Positions 36,900-46,410 of a stretch of 64,000 nt of DNA are shown here, piece by piece; the stretch's first letter is position 1; each line of letters begins with the position of its first letter. Below the pieces are notes generated by a model. The model had not been told where the DNA came from and ran no database searches. It worked only from the letters and a program-made list of their open reading frames with translations. This stretch comes from Longimicrobiales bacterium. Its GTDB lineage: Bacteria > Gemmatimonadota > Gemmatimonadetes > Longimicrobiales > Gaopeijiaceae. A program made the position numbers and the translations under genes. The stretch covers positions 1,312,001 to 1,376,000 of the forward strand of contig CBDFIQ010000001.1 in assembly GCA_965248195.1 (NCBI GenBank), given 5' to 3'.

Positions 36900-38858
36900 A
36901 TGAAACGCCACACCGCAAGCATTTCCCTCCCGCTCGTTCTGCTGACGTATGTGATCACTGCAGCAGTAACCCCCTGGTTGGCGTCGGCTCAGGAGCCGCT
37001 CTGGGGTGGAGCGTTGGTGACTAGGATCGACTCGCTCGCCGAGGCCACGCTTGTCCAGGGGAGCGCGGCAGCCCTGAGCATTGGGGTGAAGCGAGGCGGC
37101 GACCTTCTCCTGGTGAAGGGCTACGGTCAGGCGGATATCGAGAACGATGTTCCGGCAATCGCGGAAACGGTATACCGCATCGGCTCCATCACCAAGCAGT
37201 TCACGGCCGCGGCGGTAATGCAGCTCGTGGAGGCCGGGAAAATCGGGCTCGACGACCCGATCACCAAGTATCTGCCCGACTATCCGACGCAGGGGCACGA
37301 AGTCACGATTCGACATCTCCTCACGCACACATCGGGCATCAAGAGCTATACGGGCCTGGCGGCGTGGAGACCGACGATAAAGTTGGATCTTACCGACGAG
37401 GAGCTCCTGGCCCTCTTCAAAGACGAGCCCTTCGATTTCACTCCGGGTGAGCGTTTTCTGTACAACAACTCCGGGTTCTATCTACTGGGCGTGATCATCG
37501 AGAAGGCCGGCGGCGAGACCTACCGGGAATACCTGAACGCCCATCTCTTCGGCCCCCTCGGTCTGAGGGGCTCAACGTACTGCGATGAGCGACCCATAAT
37601 CCGCGGAAGGGCCGAAGGTTATGCGTTAGTGGGCGGGGAGCTGCTGAACGATGAGTACCTCTCCATGAACCAACCGGGAGCCGCCGGTGCCCTCTGCTCA
37701 ACCGTTCCGGATCTCCTCTCCTGGACCGCGGCCTTGCGAACTGAGCGTGTGGTATCGGCGGCGAGCTACCGGCAGATGACCACGTCCGGGACGCTCGACG
37801 AGGGCTCCACGACGGGCTACGGTTTTGGACTGGTAGTGGGGGACCTGGAAGGGCATCCCAGCGTTTCCCATGGAGGTGGGATCAACGGCTTCAGCACCAT
37901 GCTGGCCCACTATCCGGACGCGGACCTGGATGTGGTGGTCCTCTCGAATACCACAGGTGTTCATCCGGGACGCATCGCCGAACTGATCGCCAAATGGGCT
38001 CTCGGGATCGAGGTCCGCGTAATCGGTGGCACTGGCCGAGCCTTGCCTGTCTGGACAGACCGAGACGGCTCGGAGCAATTGTTAGATCCAGCGCTCATCG
38101 GATTCTTTGAAGCCCCGGCCTTCTCACCGGATGGTCGTAGGGTGGCACTCCAGCGTCAGGTACCAGGCGAGTCGGAGGACATTTGGATCTACGATCTTGA
38201 ACAGAGGACCTTTTCCCAACTGACATTTGGAGACGGCAGGAACCTTCAGCCGTTCTGGAACCCAGATGGCACCGAGGTCGGGTTTTCCTCAAATCGAGAC
38301 GGTCTGTTCGCGCTGTACTCTCGCCCAGCGGATTTGAGCGGTGATGCCCGACTACTGGTCTCAGACCCGGATGATGGCTTGTATGAAGCGAGCTGGACCC
38401 CCGATGGGCAGTCCCTCGTCTACCGTTGGGGTAGTACTACGACCACGGGCAGCCAGGACCTGAGGTCCAGTTCACCCGACCTGGGCAGCGCGCCCGTCGT
38501 AATATCGGGCACTCCGGCTTCGGAAAATTCTCCATCGCTCTCGCCCGATGGACGCTGGGTTGCCTATGCGTCGGATGAGTCCGGCCAGTACGAGGTTTAC
38601 GTCCGCCCGTTCCCAGGTCCCGGAGACCCGTCGTTGGTATCGGTGAACGGGGGCTTTAACCCAAAGTGGGCTCCCAACGGAAGGGAGCTCTTCTACTTGG
38701 GGCCGGATGGGGTGTTTAACGTCGCTACAGTCCGGACAGATCCTGATTTTGCGGTGGAGTCGCACGAGCAACTCGATTCGCGAGCTGGATTCCTACAGGC
38801 GATTATTCGCCACTGGGATCTCACCCCCGATGGCCAGCGTTTGTTGGTGATTGGATAG
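36900..38858 (+). CDS. Serine hydrolase (beta-lactamase class C-like) fused to TolB/PD40 beta-propeller repeats
   Basis: GSITKQF (SxxK), YNN, HGGGINGF; then FSPDG, WNPDG, WTPDG, LSPDG and WAPNG repeats. Confidence 0.8.
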   Translation: MKRHTASISLPLVLLTYVITAAVTPWLASAQEPLWGGALVTRIDSLAEATLVQGSAAALSIGVKRGGDLLLVKGYGQADIENDVPAIAETVYRIGSITKQFTAAAVMQLVEAGKIGLDDPITKYLPDYPTQGHEVTIRHLLTHTSGIKSYTGLAAWRPTIKLDLTDEELLALFKDEPFDFTPGERFLYNNSGFYLLGVIIEKAGGETYREYLNAHLFGPLGLRGSTYCDERPIIRGRAEGYALVGGELLNDEYLSMNQPGAAGALCSTVPDLLSWTAALRTERVVSAASYRQMTTSGTLDEGSTTGYGFGLVVGDLEGHPSVSHGGGINGFSTMLAHYPDADLDVVVLSNTTGVHPGRIAELIAKWALGIEVRVIGGTGRALPVWTDRDGSEQLLDPALIGFFEAPAFSPDGRRVALQRQVPGESEDIWIYDLEQRTFSQLTFGDGRNLQPFWNPDGTEVGFSSNRDGLFALYSRPADLSGDARLLVSDPDDGLYEASWTPDGQSLVYRWGSTTTTGSQDLRSSSPDLGSAPVVISGTPASENSPSLSPDGRWVAYASDESGQYEVYVRPFPGPGDPSLVSVNGGFNPKWAPNGRELFYLGPDGVFNVATVRTDPDFAVESHEQLDSRAGFLQAIIRHWDLTPDGQRLLVIG

Positions 38859-39035
38859 GCCGGTACGTTATCGTCCAGAACTGGTTGGAGGGGTTGAAGG
38901 AGCGGGTGCCCAACTGACCCGCAGATCCCCTGGCTTCGCGTCTTCGTGGAAGGCGTGGTGATCGTCGGGAAACTGGAAAACTAGCAGTCGCGCATCAGTC
39001 CCATGCGTAGCTTGAACGCATTCAGTAATATCTCT

Positions 39036-39506
39036 ATGAGCGAGCGTCGGATCATTATTTACGGAAACGCTGGTGCGGGTAAGACGACGATGGCCCGCGA
39101 ACTTCAACGCGAGTGCGACCTACCACTTTTGCTTCTTGACTCGATTGCGTGGTCAGACGGGGTGGTTCGGAGGCCACTGGAAGAAAGCATCAACGATTTA
39201 GCGCAGTTAATATCGGGCCACTCGGAATGGATGCTTGAAGGATGCTATGGCGAACTCGTAGAGGCAGCGTTACCGCACTGCACCGAACTGAGATTTCTAA
39301 ACCCTGGCGTCGCAGCCTGTGTCGAAAATTGCCGCAAACGTCCGTGGGAGCCCGACAAATTCACGTCGCCCGAAGAACAGGACAGGATGCTTGAGGACCT
39401 GATCAGTTGGGTTCGCGAGTATGAAACACGTGAGGACGAGTATGGCTTGGCTCGTCACCGGGCGATTTTCGACAATTTCCAAGAAACAAAGCGGGAATAC
39501 AGCTAA
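39036..39506 (+). CDS. P-loop kinase-like protein (FlaR/topology modulation family)
   Basis: IIIYGNAGAGKTT, LDSIAW, WMLEGCY. Confidence 0.8.
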   Translation: MSERRIIIYGNAGAGKTTMARELQRECDLPLLLLDSIAWSDGVVRRPLEESINDLAQLISGHSEWMLEGCYGELVEAALPHCTELRFLNPGVAACVENCRKRPWEPDKFTSPEEQDRMLEDLISWVREYETREDEYGLARHRAIFDNFQETKREYS

Positions 39507-39673
39507 CCCTCCGTCTGTCCGCAATCCCCGCCTGACCGTCTACTGCGAGTATCCCGACACAGACATGGCTCTGCACCGCGTCGATGGGTCAATCATGAGC
39601 CCCCTCTGGCTCGCTGACGACATGCTGTCGGCGTTCAAGCGCATCGACGATCGCTTTCGCCACCATATCAAGC

Positions 39674-39743
39674 GACGGATAGAGCCAGGGAGTGGCCGCT
39701 TCCGTTCTGGAGTGAGACTGTAAGGCGGGTGGTGGTGGAGTAG
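39674..39743 (+). repeat. About 70-bp element, inverted partner of 42672-42745
   Basis: Identical 20-bp core CCGTTCTGGAGTGAGACTGT at 39702-39721 and (reverse complement) 42694-42713, with similar flanks. Confidence 0.75.
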
Positions 39744-39980
39744 TCCTTGATTCTGAGGGTTTGCAGATTATGCCGCTGCGTGCCGCCCCTTGGTCGTCCT
39801 CGGACGAAGACGTCAAACGTCACCTCGGGGGGACAACGACCTTCTTCGCACCGGCAGAACAATGCCTAATTGGGTAACAGGTCTCGCAAGAACGACCGGC
39901 ACGGCCTTTGCTTAACGACCCAATGCGGATCCTGCATCAGCGGCTGTGTAGAATCACAGATCGACTAGACGGGGGTCATC

Positions 39981-42474
39981 ATGGGTCTCGATAAACGCCA
40001 CGTTGGAATAGTCGGAGTCCTATCCGTCGCTACAGTGTTGGGCCTCGTCGATGCGAGGCCGGCGCATGCGCAGGACCAGGCCGGCCTGGCGGAGCCCGCG
40101 GTGCCAGAGAAGGCGGGCAAGGAGCTGCGAGCGTACCGGATCACCGGGAGCTCGCCTCAGATCGACGGCCGCTTGGACGAGGAGGTCTGGGCAGCCGCCG
40201 ACGCCATCGACGATCTGGTTCAAAATGAACCCGACAACATGGAGCCGCCGACCGAGCGCACGGTGGTGCGGGTGGCTTACGACGAACGCTACCTCTACGT
40301 GGCGGTCTACTCCTACATGCGGGAACCGTCGCAGATCACCACGGGCCTCGGCCGGCGCGACAACCTTCCGCCGAGCGACCAGATTCTGCTCACTTTCGAT
40401 CCCCGCCATGACCATCTCACCGCCTACACCTTTACGACGAACCCGTCGGGGGTGCAGCTCGATCGCACATGGTTCGACGACAACCGTTCCAGCAACGACT
40501 ATAGCGGGGTCTGGGAGGTCGCCACTCAGATCACACCGGACGGGTGGACCGCCGAGTTCCAGATTCCTTTCTCGCAGATGCGGTTCGATGTGCCACCGGG
40601 CGATGAGATGGTGTGGGGCTTCAATGTGCGGCGGAACCTCTACCGCCGCGGTGAGTTCGACCTGTGGGTCCCCACCCCGCGAGGAGCGCAGGGGTTCGTG
40701 TCCCGGATGGGTCACCTCGTGTTCGGCGACCGGCTGTCGCCGCCGCGCCGCGTAGAGTTCCTGCCCTACACGTTCGTCCGACGTGAGGATCTGCCTACAA
40801 CGAGCCGGGAGCATGGAGTAGATGGCGGCGTCGATCTCCGCCTCGGGCTGGGAACGGCGGCCACGCTCTCGGCGACGATCAACCCGGACTTTGCGCAGGT
40901 CGAGCTGGATCCGGCGGTCCTGAACCTGACGGTCTTCGAATCGTTTCTTTCCCGAGAAACGGCCCTTCTTTCTGGAAGACAGCAGGACGTTCCTGCTTCA
41001 GTACCGCCAGTTCCCCGTGTTTCACTCACGTCGGATCGGGCGACGGCCGGGCCGGTTCTCACTCGAGGATGGCGATCGCCTCGTCGACCAGCCCGACCAG
41101 ACCACGATCGTCGGTGCCTCGAAGGTGACGGGCAAAGCTGATAGCTGGACCTACGGTGTGTTAAGTGCGCTGACCGCACGCGAATACGCCACCGTGGACG
41201 CGGTGACGGTCGATGGCGCCGGTACCGAGACGGTGACGCGGCTCGACCGATTGATCGAGCCGCGGACCTCCTACAACGTGGCCCGGTTGCAGCGGGACAT
41301 CCTCGGCGGCTCATCGAACGTCGGTGCGATCGCCACGGCGGTCGTGCGGGAACAAGACGCCGATGCGCTCACCGGCGGCGTCGACTATAACCTCCGCTGG
41401 GGTCGTAATCTTTTCACGTGGGACGGTCACTGGGTGGCGACGCGAGCGCCCTTCACGGACGGCCAGCGCACCGGGTTCGGCGGCGTCACGCGCTTCAACT
41501 ATTTGGGAAAATACGTCGGGTTCTTCGGATTCTTCAACCACTTCAGCCCCAACTTTCAGAACAGGGATCTGGGTTTCAAACAAGGTCGGGTGGACCAGAC
41601 CGTCGCAAACGGGGGAATCGCCTTACGTCAGCCTGATCCGTGGGGGATCTTCCGACGTATCCAACTCTTTGCGGGCGGCGGAGGTAGCTGGAACGGCGAG
41701 CGCATGGCCTTGGGCAGCTTCGTCAGCGCCAGTCTGTCGGCGCAGCTCCGAAACTTCTGGCAGATCAACGCCTTTGGCACTCGCATCTTTCGGGCGCTGG
41801 ACGACCTCGATACCCGCGGCGGGCCACCGATCGTGAAGCCGGCCGAGACATTTCTCGGCTTCAACGTGGGCACCGACACCCGCAAGAGCTGGCGGGTATT
41901 CATGAACGTTTTCGGCAGCCGCGACGAGGAAGGCGGGTGGAACGCACAGATCGGGCCAAACCTTACGCTTCAGCCATCGGCACAGCTTCAGGCGTCCGTC
42001 AGCATGAACTACAGCTTTGGCAAGGACGTCGCGCAGTGGGTCTCCAACGAGGACGTGAACGGAGACGGTGAGACGGATTATGTTTACGGGCGGCTCCGGC
42101 GGGACGTTATCAACGTCACCGGGCGCGCGACCTACGCGTTTCACCGCGACATGACGCTCGAGGTCTTCTTGCAGCCGTTCGTCGCAGTCGGCCATTACAC
42201 CGACATCAAGCGTCTCGCGCGTCCCCGCTCGTTCGAGTTCGAGCCGGCGACCATTCCGTTCAATCCCGACTTCAATCGCAAATCACTCCGCGGCAACATC
42301 GTCTTGCGCTGGGAGTATCTGCGCGGAAGTACGCTCTTTGTCGTCTGGAACATGTCGACTTCTGACGATGCGCGTCCTGGCGAACTTTCGCCTCTCCAAG
42401 ATTTCGGCAGCGCCTTCAGGGCGGACGGCACCCACGTCTTCATGATCAAGCTGAACTACTGGCTCGGTCTGTAG
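39981..42474 (+). pseudogene. DUF5916/CBM9-like secreted or outer-membrane protein with a +1 frameshift at about 40944-40950
   Basis: IDGRLDEEVW, GWTAEFQIPFSQMRF, TINPDFAQVE; the motif FESF-FPEKRPFFLE is split across frames by one extra base. Confidence 0.8.
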
Positions 42475-42671
42475 TCAGTTGGGGTCTCGATACTCAATGC
42501 ATCCGCAGCGCGCACCCGGACACGTTGTCCAGCCTCAAGGGCATCGACTGAGGATTCTCGGGTCGGGACCGCTTGCGCTGAGCCCTCCGACGGAAGAGCG
42601 AACATCAGCATCATTAGGGATACGATCGTCCTCATCATGATCCGAACCAGGAGAATCCTCTATACGTCAGA

Positions 42672-42745
42672 TTACGTAGCAACCACCCACCGCACAGTCT
42701 CACTCCAGAACGGCATCGGCAACTCCCGAGGCTCATCCGTCTCGA
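42672..42745 (-). repeat. About 70-bp element, inverted partner of 39674-39743
   Basis: Encodes TDEPRELPMPFWSETVRWVVAT* vs TDRAREWPLPFWSETVRRVVVE*. Confidence 0.75.
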
Positions 42746-42844
42746 CTTCGAATTCCTCATTCTCAGCCATCATCTTGAGGAACCATGCGTGCGCCTCACG
42801 GGCTGTGTGGTACCCCTGCCACACCAAGTCCGCTTCGGGCTGGG

Positions 42845-43411
42845 TCAGTCCTCGTCCGCGACGGCTTCCGCGTCGATCGTGATGTACACGGTGTCGCCGA
42901 CGACGACACCCCCCCGGTCGATCTTGTCGTTCCAGGACACTCCGAAGTCATGGCGATTGATCTCTGTCTCGGCCAGGAATCCGGCCCGCAGCTTCGGGCC
43001 CTTGTTCACCCATTCGCCGTCCACTTCCTCCCACCATGGCGTCGGCCAACTCCCCAGGTAGCTGACTCGGAGTGGCACTTCATGGGTCACGCCTCGGATC
43101 GTGAGATCACCTCTGACCAAAAAGTCATGGTCTCCGATGATCTCCACACGATCCCCCTCGAACGTGATTTTCGGATGTGACTCGACGTCGAGGAAGTCCG
43201 GAGCACTCAGGTGCACGTCCCGCTCCTGGTCTCCCGTCCAGATGCCCGTCGCATCGATGACCGTCTTCACCGACGACCGCTTCGGGTCGGCCGGGTCGAA
43301 GTCTAGCGTCCCGTGCACGTTCTTGAAGGAGCCTCGCACCCATGTGACCATCATGTGCCGCGTGCGGAACGCTGCTGCTGTGTGACCCGGTTCGAATGTC
43401 CACTTCGTCAT
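42845..43411 (-). CDS. YceI family protein
   Basis: WTFEPGHT..F..RHMMVTWVRGSF, RDVHL..DFLD, GDLTIRGVT, INRHDFG; AAGGAG RBS. Confidence 0.9.
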   Translation of the reverse strand: MTKWTFEPGHTAAAFRTRHMMVTWVRGSFKNVHGTLDFDPADPKRSSVKTVIDATGIWTGDQERDVHLSAPDFLDVESHPKITFEGDRVEIIGDHDFLVRGDLTIRGVTHEVPLRVSYLGSWPTPWWEEVDGEWVNKGPKLRAGFLAETEINRHDFGVSWNDKIDRGGVVVGDTVYITIDAEAVADED

Positions 43412-43548
43412 TGCATACTCCTTTAGGTGGTTGCGCAGCACCAAGGCTGCGACCGCTGGATACGATCGGCAGTCGAGCAGGTCGCAGACTCCCCACGAGC
43501 ATTCCTATGCTACCCTCGATAAAACGCTGATGCGCGGGCGGTCCCCGC

Positions 43549-44694
43549 TCAGGAGATCTGGACCATCGTTTTGCCAAAGTTCTCGCCGCGCAGCATGCCG
43601 ATAAAGGCGTCCACGGAGCTGTCCAGCCCGTGGGTGACGCTCTCACGATACTTGAGCTTGCCCTCTTTGATCCAGCCCGACATGGTTCGCAACGCCTCGC
43701 CGGCGTCCGGTTGCCGAGCAGCAAGCTCGAAAAAATGGAAGAATCGGAACCCCTCGGTGGAGCCCTCCTCGCCGAGGTCCTTCAGCCCCGCCTCGCGCAG
43801 CCGCTGAAGCGGTGTTGCCTGTTGTTTTTCCCACGGTGCGTTGTTCCTGGCGAGGTTGTATTGGCTCACCCAGCCTGCTACCGGCACGCGGCAACCCGGG
43901 TTCAGCAGCGGGATCACCGCCTCGAGCACTTCGCCGCCAACATTCTCGAAGTAGACGTCGATGCCATCGGGCACGGCAGCCGCCAGCGCGGTGGGAAGGT
44001 CGCCGGCCTTGTAGTCGATGCAAGCGTCGAAGCCGAGCTCGTCGACGACGTAAGCGCACTTCCGAGGCCCGCCGGCGATGCCGACCGCCCGGCAGCCGTG
44101 GATTTTCGCCAACTGCCCGACGACCTGTCCGACCGCACCGCTGGCCGCGCTCACGACCACTGTCTCCCCCGCCTTGATGGTGGCCACGTTGAGCAGGCCG
44201 ACATACGCGGCGTAGCCGGTCATCCCCAGGATGCCGAGCCCCGTAGACGGTGGGCCGAGAGAGCCGTCCCACTTCTCGATGGGCATCGCCTCGTTGCCCC
44301 ACTGCAAATCTTCAGGTGTGCCGACACTGTATTCTTGCCATCCGTAGTAACCCACGACGAGGTCGCCCTCACTCCACCCGTTTGCTCGGCTCTCCACCAC
44401 TTCCGACACGGTGCCACCCACGATGGTGGAGCCTACGCTCCGCTCGTTGTTCATGGCGCCGGAAGCGTCGAGGCCGCGCATGTACGGGTCCAGCGTGAGC
44501 CACTTGGTGTGGAGCAGCATCTGACCCTCGGCGATGGGCGGAACCTCCGCCGTCACCACCTCGAAATCGGAGGGCTTGGGCTCGCCCTCCGGAGTCCTCT
44601 TCAGCACGATCCTGCGATTGACGACCCCGCCGCCTCGGGCACGGTCTTCAACTGGCTCGATCGCGAGTTCTTGTCGCGTCCTGAGTCTGTTCAC
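43549..44694 (-). CDS. NADP-dependent oxidoreductase (CurA/prostaglandin reductase-like MDR)
   Basis: LDPYMRG, LGMTGYAAY.GL, VSAASGAVG, DVYFENVGG, GENFGK; GTG start inferred from GGAGG RBS. Confidence 0.9.
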   Translation of the reverse strand: MNRLRTRQELAIEPVEDRARGGGVVNRRIVLKRTPEGEPKPSDFEVVTAEVPPIAEGQMLLHTKWLTLDPYMRGLDASGAMNNERSVGSTIVGGTVSEVVESRANGWSEGDLVVGYYGWQEYSVGTPEDLQWGNEAMPIEKWDGSLGPPSTGLGILGMTGYAAYVGLLNVATIKAGETVVVSAASGAVGQVVGQLAKIHGCRAVGIAGGPRKCAYVVDELGFDACIDYKAGDLPTALAAAVPDGIDVYFENVGGEVLEAVIPLLNPGCRVPVAGWVSQYNLARNNAPWEKQQATPLQRLREAGLKDLGEEGSTEGFRFFHFFELAARQPDAGEALRTMSGWIKEGKLKYRESVTHGLDSSVDAFIGMLRGENFGKTMVQIS

Positions 44695-44708
44695 GGTGTT
44701 TGCCTCCC

Positions 44709-45083
44709 TCAGGCGTGCAGATGGAAGACCTTGTTCATGATCTTCCACTCCCCGTCGACTTTTAGCAGCGTGAACAGGTCGGTGTACCGGGAACCAGTCC
44801 AGTTGTCGAGCTCAAGCCGCACGGTGGCGACCGTGCCATTGACGTCGATGCCGGCGATCCGCGCCTGGAGCTCCGTCGCGGGACCGTTCTCGTCGTTCCA
44901 GGCAAAGAGCTGCTGGATGGGGCCGGCGAACAGGTCGGAACCGACATAACCGAAGATGGTCGCGTCCTCGTGGAAGGCGGGTTTCATGTCGTCGCCTCGG
45001 CCGGATTTGGCGCCATCGATGTAGGGCTGGATGGCCTCTGCGATCGCGCCATGTTCAGTCAGGGTGGTAGTTGCAGTAGTCAT
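44709..45083 (-). CDS. NTF2-like / putative lumazine-binding family protein
   Basis: YIDG...MKPAFHEDA, YTDLFTLLKVDGEWKIMNKVF. Confidence 0.85.
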   Translation of the reverse strand: MTTATTTLTEHGAIAEAIQPYIDGAKSGRGDDMKPAFHEDATIFGYVGSDLFAGPIQQLFAWNDENGPATELQARIAGIDVNGTVATVRLELDNWTGSRYTDLFTLLKVDGEWKIMNKVFHLHA

Positions 45084-45144
45084 GGGTTTCACTCCTTATT
45101 TAGTGGTGTAAACATCGTGTGTTGTGCGATAGCGGTTATCGCAT

Positions 45145-45363
45145 CTACCACTGTCGCCCTCGATCGACACGTACCAGGTCGGGCAGAATCGGCGCAGCGT
45201 CGTTCGCCATCCTGCGAAACGTCCGAGCGATGTGGAGATCACCTTGCCGCTCTGCCCGTCCCGCGACGCTGAGGAAGATCTCGATTTTCCTATCGGCCGG
45301 GATGATTGGTGCGTCCAGGCCGCGATGGCCTTGCCTGGTGGTCCCGTCTACGATCGTCGCCAT
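45145..45363 (-). CDS. Small hypothetical protein, first gene of the leftward sigma54 operon
   Basis: AAGGAG RBS; lies just downstream of the sigma54-like promoter. Confidence 0.5.
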   Translation of the reverse strand: MATIVDGTTRQGHRGLDAPIIPADRKIEIFLSVAGRAERQGDLHIARTFRRMANDAAPILPDLVRVDRGRQW

Positions 45364-45409
45364 TTGCCTGTCTCCTTATCAGCTCTAGGGGCGTTTCCCT
45401 TGTCTATAG

Positions 45410-45424
45410 ACAAGACGCATGCCA
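45410..45424 (-). promoter_or_regulatory. sigma54 -24/-12 promoter (leftward)
   Basis: TGGCATGCGTCTTGT vs consensus TGGCACG-N4-TTGC. Confidence 0.65.
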
Positions 45425-45522
45425 CGTAATCCGAGCGCCTGAAAATGGCCCTAATTTGTTTGACTGCTGTTAGTTAGGAGAGGTCGCGTACGCGAGAGTC
45501 CCTAGCGGTTTTGGGGTCGCTA

Positions 45523-45556
45523 CCTCCGAGATTTCGTATGGGGCACGAAATATTGC
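45523..45556. promoter_or_regulatory. Putative upstream activator site 1
   Basis: CCTCCGAG-ATTTCG-N9-CGAAAT-ATTGC. Confidence 0.7.
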
Positions 45557-45786
45557 GTCCGAGGATGCGGGACGGCGTGCGCGGGCACCCGGCAGTCATT
45601 CCTACGCGGCTATCAGCGTGGTGGATCAGGCGTTGGCGGTCTGGTGTGGTTCCTTACTTGCGTTCCACAGCGTAGTATTGCCAAGTAACCCGGGGGGGAG
45701 GAGCACCCCGATCTCTCCGATTGGGAAGTCACAACGCCTTGCTAGAGAGATGACGTGTACATTGCCGATGACGCAGGTAACGTTTC

Positions 45787-46395
45787 ATGAATGATCGGAT
45801 CAGTTTCGGTTTCGGGAACCTGTACGTGTCCACCAGCGACCACATCGCGCACTTTTATCGTAGCGATGAGGAATGGCTCGAGTTGGCCACCGGTTTCTTC
45901 CGCGCTGGGCTGCAATCGGGGGACAAGTGCGTTTGCGTCCTCAGGCCCGGTAACCGGGAGCGAGAGCTGAAGCAACGTCTATCCGGCGACGGAGCACCAG
46001 TGGACGCCGCGCTGGCCTCCGGCCAGTTCACACTCTTCGAGGGCAGGGACGAACCGCGCCTGATGCAGGACGAGCTGACAACGGCCCTCGCGGATGTTCC
46101 CGGCCGCTATCCGCTGCTGCGCTGGGCGGGCGACATGAGTTGGTCGTTGGAGCAGATGCCCGACTCGGAAAAGCTCATGGAATGGGAATCGCACTGCAAT
46201 ACGGTAGAGAGTCCGCCCGCCGTATTCCTTTGCCAGTACGATCTCAGGGCTTTCCTCGGTAGTGTGGTCATGGACGCCATGAATACGCATCCACTGTGCG
46301 TGATTGGGGACGCCATCCATCAGAATCCGTACTATCAGACGCCGGAGGAATTTCTGGCGGAAATGAACCGCCGCTCTCCGACGGCCCAAGCGTAA
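45787..46395 (+). CDS. MEDS (methanogen/methylotroph DcmR sensory) domain protein
   Basis: DHIAHFY, LRWAGDMSW, LCQYDL..F....MDAMNTHP, NPYY. Confidence 0.85.
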   Translation: MNDRISFGFGNLYVSTSDHIAHFYRSDEEWLELATGFFRAGLQSGDKCVCVLRPGNRERELKQRLSGDGAPVDAALASGQFTLFEGRDEPRLMQDELTTALADVPGRYPLLRWAGDMSWSLEQMPDSEKLMEWESHCNTVESPPAVFLCQYDLRAFLGSVVMDAMNTHPLCVIGDAIHQNPYYQTPEEFLAEMNRRSPTAQA

Positions 46396-46410
46396 CACAC
46401 GTCTCGTCCC

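Noticed and set aside
38860..39900. Integron cassette array
   Set aside because: No convincing attC core/inverse-core pairs; neither integrase appears to carry the IntI-specific insertion
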